A stretch of 64,000 bases of DNA, from NCBI GenBank assembly GCA_943367425.1, contig CALRJF020000011.1, positions 53,709 to 117,708 on the forward strand, read 5' to 3'. The translations under genes and the position numbers were made by a program. The notes below the pieces were generated by a model that saw only the letters and a list, made by a program, of their open reading frames with translations, made no database searches and had not been told where the DNA came from. The first letter of the stretch is position 1; every line of letters starts with the position of its first letter. Below are positions 31,356-40,132 of the stretch, in pieces. The stretch is from Candidatus Sulfopaludibacter sp. SbA3 (lineage in GTDB: Bacteria > Cyanobacteriota > Cyanobacteriia > PCC-6307 > Cyanobiaceae).

Positions 31356-32699
31356 TCACCGCTCCACCAGCTTCCAGAAGCCCCAGCGGGTCCCGAAGCG
31401 CTCCTGCAGCCGTGCCACGAAAGCCCCGTGGTCGGGATGGCCCTGCCAGTCATCGATGCGGTCGGCGAGCTGGTCGCAGCTGCGCAGGTGCTCGGCGGCG
31501 TGGCGGTAACGACTGGAGCGGCCCATCGCCAGCGCCCACCACACCATCGGCCGCAGCAGCAGCGTGGCCGCCAGGGGATGGTCGGCGCTGAGCCGCTCGG
31601 CGGCGGCGCTGTGGATGGCGTAGGCCTCCCCGTCCCACGCCGCGGCGTGGGCCATCCCATGGCGGGCCGCCCGGGGCAGGGCCCCCCAGCCCACCAGGAA
31701 CTCCAGCCCCAGCAGGCGGTTGGGGTGCTGCTCGGCCACCCCCAGGGCCCGTTCCTCCGCCTCCCCATCCTCAAAGTCGTCGAGGCGCCGGAGGAAAGCC
31801 TGCAGATGCGGGATCGAGAGGCTGCGGCAGAACCACTGCCAGCGCATCTCCTGGGCTTCGGCGGGCCGATCCAGCGCCTCGAGCACGGCCATGCGGATGT
31901 CCTGCCAGTCGCCATCGAGCAGGCCTCGGTGCTCGGCCGTGGCGCCATCGAGGATCTCCAGGGCCTGGGCCGCCCGGCCGTGGTTCAGCAGGTGCCGGGC
32001 CGCCATGGCGGCGATCGGGCGCCGGCGCAGATCCCCAGCGCTGAACTGGCCCAGGTAGCCCTCCACATCCCCCCGGGCCACAGCGATCTGGAGCCGATGG
32101 CGACTGCCGTCGCGGGCGCCGCGCTCCCGGCAGCAGCGTTCCAGCTGCTCCAGCCCGCCGTCGCCCAGCGCTTCCTTCAGGGCCGGCACCAGCCCATCGA
32201 ACTGGCCATGGCCGTCCTCCATCAGCAGCTCGGCCGCCTGCTCCGCCAGCACGTCCGGGGCCAGCTGGGCGGCCACCGCCAGCGGGCCGAGCTGTTCAGC
32301 CGCCCGCGCGAACACCCCGATCACCACGCCGGTGCTGTCGGTGCAGCGCGCCAGCACCCCCTCGGCGATCTCCAGAAAGCGCAGCAGCAGATCGCAGGCC
32401 CCCCGGGGATCCGCGGCCGCGATCGGGCCGGTGATCGCCTGCAGCTGGGCCTCCAGATCGCTCACCAGCGCCGGACGCCGGGCCGAACCCACCAGCGTCC
32501 GGGACCGATCGATCGCCGCCAGCCGCTTGCGCACCTCCTGGGCGGCACCGCCGGCCCCCTCCGCCGCGGCCAGCGCCAGGCGCAACCGCCGCTGGATCAC
32601 CGCCTGGCCGCTCGACACCTCCATCAGCAGCTCCGCCAGCGCCGCCGCCCCGAGGGCCTCCAGGTTCTTTGGGTTCAGCGTGCGCCTGCTGGCTGGCAT
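31356..32699 (-). CDS. DUF6880-like helical protein
   Basis: N-terminus RRTLNPKNLEALGAAALAELLME..QRRLRLALAA and C-terminus SSRYRHAAEHL..HGAFVARLQERFGTRWGFW recalled from this family. Confidence 0.7.
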   Translation of the reverse strand: MPASRRTLNPKNLEALGAAALAELLMEVSSGQAVIQRRLRLALAAAEGAGGAAQEVRKRLAAIDRSRTLVGSARRPALVSDLEAQLQAITGPIAAADPRGACDLLLRFLEIAEGVLARCTDSTGVVIGVFARAAEQLGPLAVAAQLAPDVLAEQAAELLMEDGHGQFDGLVPALKEALGDGGLEQLERCCRERGARDGSRHRLQIAVARGDVEGYLGQFSAGDLRRRPIAAMAARHLLNHGRAAQALEILDGATAEHRGLLDGDWQDIRMAVLEALDRPAEAQEMRWQWFCRSLSIPHLQAFLRRLDDFEDGEAEERALGVAEQHPNRLLGLEFLVGWGALPRAARHGMAHAAAWDGEAYAIHSAAAERLSADHPLAATLLLRPMVWWALAMGRSSRYRHAAEHLRSCDQLADRIDDWQGHPDHGAFVARLQERFGTRWGFWKLVER

Positions 32700-32725
32700 G
32701 GCCGACTGTGGGAGTACAAGACCCT

Positions 32726-33088
32726 TCAGAGCCTGTAGGGGACGACGACACCGGCCAGCTCTTCCGGATAATCCTTCGTGTTGCGCGTCGCCAGGCGCAA
32801 CTGATGGCAACGGGCCGTGGCCAGGAGGATGGCGTCCGGCACCTTCAGCCCCAGTGTGCGCCGGCAGTCCACGGCTTCACGGGCCACGGCGGCATCGAGC
32901 GGCAGGCAGTGGAAGCCCCGCAACCACACCTCCACCGCCTCGCTCTCGCCCGGGCCGCAACCCACCAGCACCTCGATCCAGGTGATCACGCTGATGCTGC
33001 AGCGGGGCTGCTCCTCGAGCCACTGCAAGGCAACCCCCTGGCCAAGCAACACATCGATCAGGATGTTGGAATCGAGCAGCAATCCCAT
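32726..33088 (-). CDS. VapC/PIN domain toxin
   Basis: LLDSNILID, ISVITWIEVLVG, VPDAILLATA, LATRNTKDY. Confidence 0.92.
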   Translation of the reverse strand: MGLLLDSNILIDVLLGQGVALQWLEEQPRCSISVITWIEVLVGCGPGESEAVEVWLRGFHCLPLDAAVAREAVDCRRTLGLKVPDAILLATARCHQLRLATRNTKDYPEELAGVVVPYRL

Positions 33089-33309
33089 CAGCGCTGGTCC
33101 CAGTCCTGACGCAGCCGACGCTGCAGCTCCACCCCGTCAGGGCCCCGGTCGCTCCAGAGCCCGAACACCGCCCCATGGCGCGGCCGCTCCCGCTCCAGCC
33201 AGAGGACCAGGGCCTCCCGGAGCGCCTGGGCCCGCGAAATGCCCCGCTGGGCACAGAGGGCATCCAGCTGATCGCGCTCGCCCTCGGGCAGATCCACGAT
33301 CGTGCGCAT
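33088..33309 (-). CDS. CopG/RHH family antitoxin (VapB-like)
   Basis: MRTIVDLPEGERDQLDALCAQRGISRAQALREAL..VFGLW. Stop overlaps the toxin ATG. Confidence 0.88.
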   Translation of the reverse strand: MRTIVDLPEGERDQLDALCAQRGISRAQALREALVLWLERERPRHGAVFGLWSDRGPDGVELQRRLRQDWDQR

Positions 33310-33420
33310 GCCGTCATCGTCATCAGATGACGGCTTCCTAAAGGGAACCGTCTTGGCGGCCACGGCACGTCCAGCCAGCCCCCTTAGCCTTCTCTTGTTG
33401 CCCACCCTGGGGCCCTGACC

Positions 33421-34041
33421 TTGGCACCGCCAGCTTCAACGCCCGCAGCGGCCCCGCCCCTGCTGCTCCCGCCAGGTCTGCAGCTGAGCCCCGAGCAGTT
33501 CCATGCCGTCTGCGCAGCCAATCCCGAGGCCGTGCTCGAACTCGATGCCAGTGGGCACCTGATCGTCATGACCCCCACCGGAGGAGAGACAGGTGCCCGC
33601 AACAGCACCCTGCTCGTGTTGCTGGGGATGGCCCTTCGCTCCAGCGGACTGGCCATCAAGCTGTTCGACAGCTCCACCGGCTTCCTCCTTCCGGATGGCT
33701 CCGTGCTCAGCCCCGACGCCTCCCTGGTGCGTCTCGACCGCTGGTTGGCTCTGACCCCCGACCAGCGCCAAGGGTTCCCGCCCCTCTGCCCCGACCTGGT
33801 GGTGGAACTGGCCAGCCCCACCGACGCGGGCCCCCGTGGCCTCGCATCCCTGCGGCGGAAGATGGAGACCTATCAGCGCCATGGCGCCCAGCTGGGCTGG
33901 CTGCTGCTTCCATCCGAGCGGTCGGTGGAGATCTGGCCCAGCAACGGCGAACCCCAGCGCCACCCTGAAGCCATCCACCTCGATGGCGGCAGCCTGTTTC
34001 CCGGCCTGCAGCTCGATCTGGCCGAAATCTGGCAGGCCTGA
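33421..34041 (+). CDS. Uma2 (DUF820) family endonuclease-like protein
   Basis: LELDASGHLIVMTPTGGETG, FDSSTGFLLPDGSVLSPDAS, CPDLVVELASP, GAQLGWLL. Confidence 0.93.
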   Translation: MAPPASTPAAAPPLLLPPGLQLSPEQFHAVCAANPEAVLELDASGHLIVMTPTGGETGARNSTLLVLLGMALRSSGLAIKLFDSSTGFLLPDGSVLSPDASLVRLDRWLALTPDQRQGFPPLCPDLVVELASPTDAGPRGLASLRRKMETYQRHGAQLGWLLLPSERSVEIWPSNGEPQRHPEAIHLDGGSLFPGLQLDLAEIWQA

Positions 34042-34060
34042 ACCCGCGGTGCCCGGCGCC

Positions 34061-34375
34061 CTACGCCCAACCGGCGAGGCGCCGCAGCGCCGCCGCCGAC
34101 GACCCCGCCCCGGCCAGCTCCAGGCCCTCCGCCAGGCTCAGCAGCGTCGCCTGCCGCTGGCTCAGGGCCACCTCCTCCTTCGGCGCCCCCAGCGCCTCGG
34201 CGTGGGCGAAGGCCAGCCCCGCCTGCTGCTGCTGCTGCCGCTCCAGGGCCGAGGGTTCGATCAGCTGGCTGAGGGCCACGCCGTAGCGCAGCCATGCGGC
34301 CGGCTCATGGCTCTCCAGCGGGTGGGCCGCCACCAGCGCCTCCCATGGCGCCTGTCTGCCGTCCCGATCGCTCAT
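34061..34375 (-). CDS. 104-aa hypothetical protein (standalone WLRYGVAL domain)
   Basis: ATGA overlap with the upstream gene at 34372-34375. Homologous to the N-terminus of the 23215..24453 protein. Confidence 0.75.
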   Translation of the reverse strand: MSDRDGRQAPWEALVAAHPLESHEPAAWLRYGVALSQLIEPSALERQQQQQAGLAFAHAEALGAPKEEVALSQRQATLLSLAEGLELAGAGSSAAALRRLAGWA

Positions 34376-36318
34376 CGCAGCCACTCCGCCAGGGGAGTAG
34401 CCACCACCACCGCCAGCACCCCGAAACGGCTGGCGATGGCCTGGGCCAGCGGCAGCCGGTAGGCCCCGCCGCCGGCCAGCAGCACCGTGAACGGCCGCTC
34501 CCGGTACAGCGCCTCCACCACAGCCACCAGCGTCTCCAGGCTGGACGCAAAGCCCGCCGCCGGCCGCTGCGGGTGGCGACTCTCCGGCGTCTCCAGGCAG
34601 CGCAGCCCGAACGCCTCCCCCGCGAACAGGCGGCCGGCCCGGTGGGCCTCCTGGAGCGCCGCCGTTCCCGCGGCCACCGCCACCACCTCTTCGCCGCCGA
34701 GCCGTTCCAGCAGCCCGCGGCCGCTGGGGGGCTGCCGCAGGCGGCCGATGCCCTCCAGCCCCCAGGGCAGCCACAGGCCCTGGGTCGCCGGCTCGGCGCT
34801 CCACACCTGCGCCGGCAGCAGACCCTGCAGCGCCGGCTGCGCCCACTGCCGCAGGCTTTCCAGCGGCGCATGGGTGGTGCTGTAGAACCCCGCCTCCAGC
34901 TCAAACCGCCGCAGCGCCTCCAGGGCGCCGAGTTCCGGCGTCACCGGCCCCCCGGCCGGCGCTTCCCAGAAATCGGTGTCGTGATGGCGGCGGCGCAGCT
35001 CCGCCAGGGCCTCCTCCAGCGGGTCTGCCGCGCCCCTGGCGTGGCCAAGCACCGCCAACTCCAGCGGATCCAGCTCCACCACCAGCCCGGCAGCCCCCCA
35101 GTCCACCGCCGGCAGCGGATCGATCTGCGCCGCCAGCCGCTCCTGCCAGAGCGCCGCCCCCCGACGCAGCACCGCCAGCGCCGCGCCCATCAACGGCGGC
35201 CCAGGCAGCGGCCCCTGGCCCGCCAGGCTCTCCACCAGGCTGGCGATCGGATGGACCGACCGCCGCTCCCCGCCCTGCCACGGCTCCAGAAACACCTCCA
35301 GGGCGGCCATCGCCCCGTCACCGTCTCCATCGAGGTAGGGCGCCAGAGAAAAGATCTCCAGCCCGTTCTCCGGATCCGCCACCACCGCATCCCCCACGGT
35401 CGCCACCAGCCGCAACGGCGGCGGCGGCACGCTCCCCCCGGGACCGTCCCCGTCGTCGAGCCATTCCGGCTCCAGCACCTCCAGCCCCGCCGCCGCGGCC
35501 CTGCCGCCGGCGCCGCGGCCCTGCTGCATCAGTTCCAGGCTGAAACGGGCCCGCAGCAGCGCGGCATCAAACGCCGGCCGCTGCTCCGCCGCCACCGGCA
35601 GCCGGCCCACCCGCTCCACCAGCAGGGCCAGGTCGTCCTCGCCCATCGCCCCGGCGGGCGGCAGCGCCTCGATCACCTGGCCCATCGCCCGGCGGCAGGC
35701 CTGGGCCACCCAGTCGGGCACCGGATCCACCAGCTGGGCCAGCCGCAAGAACAGGTCCAGGCAGATTCCGGCTGCCGCCGGATCATTGCCGCTGCCGTGC
35801 TGTCCGGCCAGGGCCCCGTGCTGCACCAGCTGCTGCTCCAGCACCGGCAGCCAGTCGGGCACCTCCCAGGGCTGGGCCAGCCCCTGCTCCAGGGCCCGGG
35901 CCATCCGCAGACAAAGTGCTGCATCACCACGGCGCCAGGCCGCTTCGGCATCGGCCCGCTCCCCCTGCTGGGGCATCACCCGCCCGTGCACCTGGATCGT
36001 CAGCTGGCCCAGCAGATCGCCGTAACGCGGCCACAGCACCGCCGCCAGCTCCGGCCGCACCGCCACCAGCGCGGCCACATCGCCCAGCAGCAGGTCATGG
36101 GCGGCCAGGGCCTCCTCCGGATCGCTCCGCTCCAACGCCTCCCGCAGGGCAGTGGCGCTGGCCTCCGCCAGTTCCGCCAGCAGCGGATCCTCCGGGGCCG
36201 CCCTGCCCCTGCCCCGCAGCGACGTGATCAGCTGGTGGTAGGCCGCAAACGGCAGCGGCAGCTGCCGCAGCACCCTCAGCGGCACCCATACTCCAGGCTC
36301 ACCGCCGGCAGTGTCCAT
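34372..36318 (-). CDS. helical hypothetical protein with C-terminal GT-D-like domain
   Basis: C-terminal FTVLLAGGGAYRLPLAQAIASRFG resembles FDxALxGCGAYxxPLAxxIK of GT-D-like proteins. Start 36318 or 36348. Confidence 0.6.
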   Translation of the reverse strand: MDTAGGEPGVWVPLRVLRQLPLPFAAYHQLITSLRGRGRAAPEDPLLAELAEASATALREALERSDPEEALAAHDLLLGDVAALVAVRPELAAVLWPRYGDLLGQLTIQVHGRVMPQQGERADAEAAWRRGDAALCLRMARALEQGLAQPWEVPDWLPVLEQQLVQHGALAGQHGSGNDPAAAGICLDLFLRLAQLVDPVPDWVAQACRRAMGQVIEALPPAGAMGEDDLALLVERVGRLPVAAEQRPAFDAALLRARFSLELMQQGRGAGGRAAAAGLEVLEPEWLDDGDGPGGSVPPPPLRLVATVGDAVVADPENGLEIFSLAPYLDGDGDGAMAALEVFLEPWQGGERRSVHPIASLVESLAGQGPLPGPPLMGAALAVLRRGAALWQERLAAQIDPLPAVDWGAAGLVVELDPLELAVLGHARGAADPLEEALAELRRRHHDTDFWEAPAGGPVTPELGALEALRRFELEAGFYSTTHAPLESLRQWAQPALQGLLPAQVWSAEPATQGLWLPWGLEGIGRLRQPPSGRGLLERLGGEEVVAVAAGTAALQEAHRAGRLFAGEAFGLRCLETPESRHPQRPAAGFASSLETLVAVVEALYRERPFTVLLAGGGAYRLPLAQAIASRFGVLAVVVATPLAEWLR

Positions 36319-36371
36319 GGCGGAGTGCACCAACGGGCCGAACGGCATAGGGTTCCGGCATCGATTCCAGC

Positions 36372-39305
36372 ATGGCTGCGATGCTCGCCGAGCCGCCCGG
36401 CACCCTGGACGACACCACCGCTTCCCTCGCCGAGCTGCGCCGTCCCGGCCTGGTGGGGCGGCTGGAGGGCTGGAGTCCCCAGACCGGCCTCAGCGGCTGG
36501 GCCTGCCCCTGGCCCCCCGATCCCCAGGCCCCGCCCCTGCGCCTGCGGCTGGTGCTCGAGGATCTGCTCGATCCCGGCCGGCGCCTGGCCATCGCCGAGC
36601 TGATGGCGGCCCAGGCCCGGCCCGACCTGGCCTCCCTGGGCATCGATCAGCCCTGCGGCTTCCGCTTCTGGTGGGGCTCCTCCCACCCCCTGCCCCCCTT
36701 CTCCCAGGGTCTGGTGCTGCGCCTGTTCGCCGCCGACGGGGCCGCCGCCGAGCTGGCCGGCAGTCCCCTGCGCATCGACGCCGCCACCTACCGGGAGATC
36801 GAGACCCAGCGCCAGCAGGGTCCCGCCCGCGACGGCGCCCTCACCCACCTCCAGGCCCCGGTCCTCCAGGGCTGGGGCCGGGGCAGCGAGCCCCTGCTGC
36901 TGCGCCTCGATGGCGGCCTCACCCTGCCCGTCGATCCCCCCGCCCCCCTGCCCGAGGGGCCCTGGCCCTTCCAGCTGCTGCTCCCCGCCGCCCTCGCCGA
37001 CGGCGCCGTGCACCACCTGCAGCTCGAAACCGCCTCCGGCCAGGTGCTGGATCAGCGCTTCGACCTGCTCCCCTTCCACCTCACCCCCTGGGCGGCCCTG
37101 CAGGAGCACGCCCGTCCCCCCTTCCCCGACGAGCTCTCCCCCCTCGCCCGCGAGCGCTACCGCAGCCTGCGCACCTGGCTGAGCTGGGCCGATCGGCACG
37201 GCACGCCCCTGCCCCCCGACCTTCCCCGGCTCCAGCGCCTGCTCGAGCGGCCCCTGCCCCGCAGCGACGGCCCGCCGGCCGCCGCCGGCAGCCACGAACC
37301 CGGCCCCGACGGCAGCCCCGTGCCCCGCCGGCCCCTGCAGCTGCCCCTGGCGGCGGAACCGCAGGTGTCGATCGTGATCCCGGTGCACAACCAGTTCGCC
37401 GTCACCCTGCGCTGCCTGGCCGCCATCGCCTATGCCCCCACCCGGGTGCCCTTCGAGATCCTCGTGGTCGACGACGGCTCCAGCGACGGCACCGCCGACG
37501 CCCTCGCCGCCGACGCCCCCGGCGTGCGCCTGATCCGCCACGACTTCGCCCGTGGCTTCAACCAGGCCTGCTGCAGCGGCGCCGCCGCCGCCCGCGGCTC
37601 CGTTCTGGTGCTGCTCAACAACGACACCGAACCCTGCGCCGCCTGGCTGGAGGAGCTGCTCGATCCCTTCGAGCGCTGGCCCGACACCGGCCTGGTGGGA
37701 GCCCAGCTGCTGCTCCCCGACGGCACGCTCCAGGAGGCCGGCGGCATCGTCTGGGGCAACGGCGACCCCTGGAACTACGGCCGCGGCGGCAACCCCCACG
37801 ACCCCCGCGTCGCCTACGCCCGCCAGGTGGATTACGTCAGTGGCGCTGCCCTCGCCATTCCCCTGGCACTGTGGAACCGGATCGGCGGCTTCAGCCCCGA
37901 GTTCTCCCCCGCCTACTACGAGGACACCGACCTGGCCTTCAAGGTGCGCCAGGCCGGCCACACGGTCCGCTACACCCCCCTCGCCCGGGTGATCCACCAC
38001 GAGGGCGTCAGCTGCGGCACCGACACCGCGGCCAGCACCGGGCTCAAGCGCTTCCAGGCCACCAACCGCCCCCTCTTCCAGCAGAAGTGGGCCAGCGCCT
38101 TCGAAGGCTGCAGCGAGCCGGGCCCGGCGGAAGCCGAAAGCATCAAGGACCGGGGGATCCTCGGCCGCGCCCTGTTCCTCGACCAGCAGACCCCCCGGCC
38201 CGACCGCGATGCCGGCAGCCATGCGGCCCTGGTGGAGATGGAGCTGCTCCAGGCCCTCGGCTGGAAGGTCACCCTGCTGCCCCTCAACCTCGCCTGGCTG
38301 GCCACCTACACCGAAGACCTCCAGCGCCGTGGCATCGAAGTCCTCCATGCCCCCTTCGTGCTCTCGCTTGAGGAGTTCCTGCGCGAACGCGGCCGTGAAT
38401 TCGACCTCCTCTACCTCACCCGCTACACCGTGGCCGCCGAGGCCCTGCCCCTGATCCACCGCTACGCCCCCCAGGCCCGCCTCCTGTTCTGCAACGCCGA
38501 TCTCCACCACCTGCGCCAGCTGCGCGCCGCCCGGGCCGAAGCCCTCGACGGCGACGCCGCCCGCCGGGCCCTGGAGGCGGTGGAGGAGGTGAAGCGCCAG
38601 GAGCTGGCGGTGATGCGCCAGGTGCACCTCACCTTCAGCTACTCGGATGTGGAACGGGCCGTGATCGAAGCGGAAACCCTCGGCGAGGCCGCCACCGCCC
38701 CCTGCCCCTGGGTGGTGCAGGGCCCCGAGGCGCCCGCCCCCCTGGAGGGCCGCAGCGGCCTCGCCTTCCTCGGCAGCTACGGCCACCCCCCCAACCACGA
38801 CGCCGTCGAGGCCTTCCTGGCTCAGGTGTGGCCCCAGCTCCAACAGCAGCGGCCCGGGCTGCGGCTGCACCTCTACGGCAGTGGCCTCTCCCCGGAGCTG
38901 GCCGCCCGCTGGGGGGCCGAACCCGGTGTCATCGCCGAGGGCTGGGTGGCCGATCCGGCCACCGTGTACGCCCGCCACCGTCTGTTCGTGGCCCCGCTGC
39001 GCTCCGGCGCCGGCCTCAAGGGCAAGGTGGTGGCCGCCGCCGCCCACGGCCTCCCCCAGGTGCTCAGCCCCCTGGCCGCCGAGGCCACCGGCCTGCGCCA
39101 CGGCCAGGAAGTGCTGATCGCCCGCAGCCCCGAGGAGTGGTGCCAGGCCGTGCTCCTCCTCAACGACGACGACGACGCCTGGCGGGCCATGGGCGACGCC
39201 GCCTTCCGCTACGCCCGCGCCACCTGGAGCCGGGAGCGTGGCCTGGCCCTGATGGCCGACGCCCTGGCCCGCCTCCAGCTGCCCCACCGGGTGCCCGGCC
39301 CATGA
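36372..39305 (+). CDS. multidomain GT2 + GT4-like glycosyltransferase
   Basis: VSIVIPVHNQ, VVDDGSSDGT, LLNNDTE, PAYYEDTDL (GT2). TPRPDRDAGS, FLGSYGHPPNHDAV, VAPLRSGAGLKGKV (GT-B). Confidence 0.92.
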   Translation: MAAMLAEPPGTLDDTTASLAELRRPGLVGRLEGWSPQTGLSGWACPWPPDPQAPPLRLRLVLEDLLDPGRRLAIAELMAAQARPDLASLGIDQPCGFRFWWGSSHPLPPFSQGLVLRLFAADGAAAELAGSPLRIDAATYREIETQRQQGPARDGALTHLQAPVLQGWGRGSEPLLLRLDGGLTLPVDPPAPLPEGPWPFQLLLPAALADGAVHHLQLETASGQVLDQRFDLLPFHLTPWAALQEHARPPFPDELSPLARERYRSLRTWLSWADRHGTPLPPDLPRLQRLLERPLPRSDGPPAAAGSHEPGPDGSPVPRRPLQLPLAAEPQVSIVIPVHNQFAVTLRCLAAIAYAPTRVPFEILVVDDGSSDGTADALAADAPGVRLIRHDFARGFNQACCSGAAAARGSVLVLLNNDTEPCAAWLEELLDPFERWPDTGLVGAQLLLPDGTLQEAGGIVWGNGDPWNYGRGGNPHDPRVAYARQVDYVSGAALAIPLALWNRIGGFSPEFSPAYYEDTDLAFKVRQAGHTVRYTPLARVIHHEGVSCGTDTAASTGLKRFQATNRPLFQQKWASAFEGCSEPGPAEAESIKDRGILGRALFLDQQTPRPDRDAGSHAALVEMELLQALGWKVTLLPLNLAWLATYTEDLQRRGIEVLHAPFVLSLEEFLRERGREFDLLYLTRYTVAAEALPLIHRYAPQARLLFCNADLHHLRQLRAARAEALDGDAARRALEAVEEVKRQELAVMRQVHLTFSYSDVERAVIEAETLGEAATAPCPWVVQGPEAPAPLEGRSGLAFLGSYGHPPNHDAVEAFLAQVWPQLQQQRPGLRLHLYGSGLSPELAARWGAEPGVIAEGWVADPATVYARHRLFVAPLRSGAGLKGKVVAAAAHGLPQVLSPLAAEATGLRHGQEVLIARSPEEWCQAVLLLNDDDDAWRAMGDAAFRYARATWSRERGLALMADALARLQLPHRVPGP

Positions 39306-40132
39306 GCAGCGAGCGCGACACCCTGCCCGAACCCCTCTCCGGCGTCCGGGAGCCGGCCGTGGTGGAGCTGCCCCCGGGCCGCCCCTGGCTGGCCCTCTCC
39401 GAACTCAACCGCCTCATCCGCCAGCAGGGCCAGGCCCGCCCCCTCGCCCGTGCCTGGCTGCTCGACCAGCTCGTGCATGCCATCCCCCTGCCCGCCGGCG
39501 AGGAAACGACCCTGATGGCCGCCTTCCTGCAGCAGCGGGGCATCACCAGCGACGATCAGGTGCCGGCCTGGCTGGCGGAGCGCGGCCTGGCCTTCGACGA
39601 CCTGCGCATCCTCGCCACCCAGCAGCAGCGCCTGCAGCGCCTGCAGCGCTGCCGCTGGGGCGACGAGGTGGAAGTGCGCTTCCTGCAGCGCAAGCCCGAA
39701 CTGGATCAGGTGGTCTATTCCTTGCTGCGGGTCGACAACGAGGACCTCGCCGCCGAACTGCACCACCAGATCGTCGAGGGTGAAGCCGACTTCGCCAGCC
39801 TCGCCCCGCGCCACTCCATCGGCCAGGAACGCCACAGCCGCGGCCAGATCGGCCCCATCTCCCTGGCGGCCGGCCACGACACCCTGGTGAGCCGCCTGCG
39901 CCGCGGCCGCCCCGGCCAGCTGTTCGAACCCTTCAAGGCCGGCGACAGCTGGGTGGTGCTGAGGCTCGAACAGTTCCTGCCGGCCGAGTTGAACGAAGCC
40001 ACCAGGGTCCGCATGATGGGCGAACTGTTCGAGGAATGGCTCGAACAACGGCTGCGGCTGCTCCTCGAGGGCCAGCCCCTGCCGCCCCTCGACGCCATCC
40101 TCGCCCTGTTGCAGGAGGATCCCGCCCCATGA
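39302..40132 (+). CDS. PpiC/parvulin-type peptidyl-prolyl isomerase (foldase)
   Basis: VVYSLLRV, EGEADFASLAPRHSIGQERHSRGQIGP, VVLRLEQFLPA. ATGA overlap with the GT gene. Confidence 0.85.
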   Translation: MSSERDTLPEPLSGVREPAVVELPPGRPWLALSELNRLIRQQGQARPLARAWLLDQLVHAIPLPAGEETTLMAAFLQQRGITSDDQVPAWLAERGLAFDDLRILATQQQRLQRLQRCRWGDEVEVRFLQRKPELDQVVYSLLRVDNEDLAAELHHQIVEGEADFASLAPRHSIGQERHSRGQIGPISLAAGHDTLVSRLRRGRPGQLFEPFKAGDSWVVLRLEQFLPAELNEATRVRMMGELFEEWLEQRLRLLLEGQPLPPLDAILALLQEDPAP

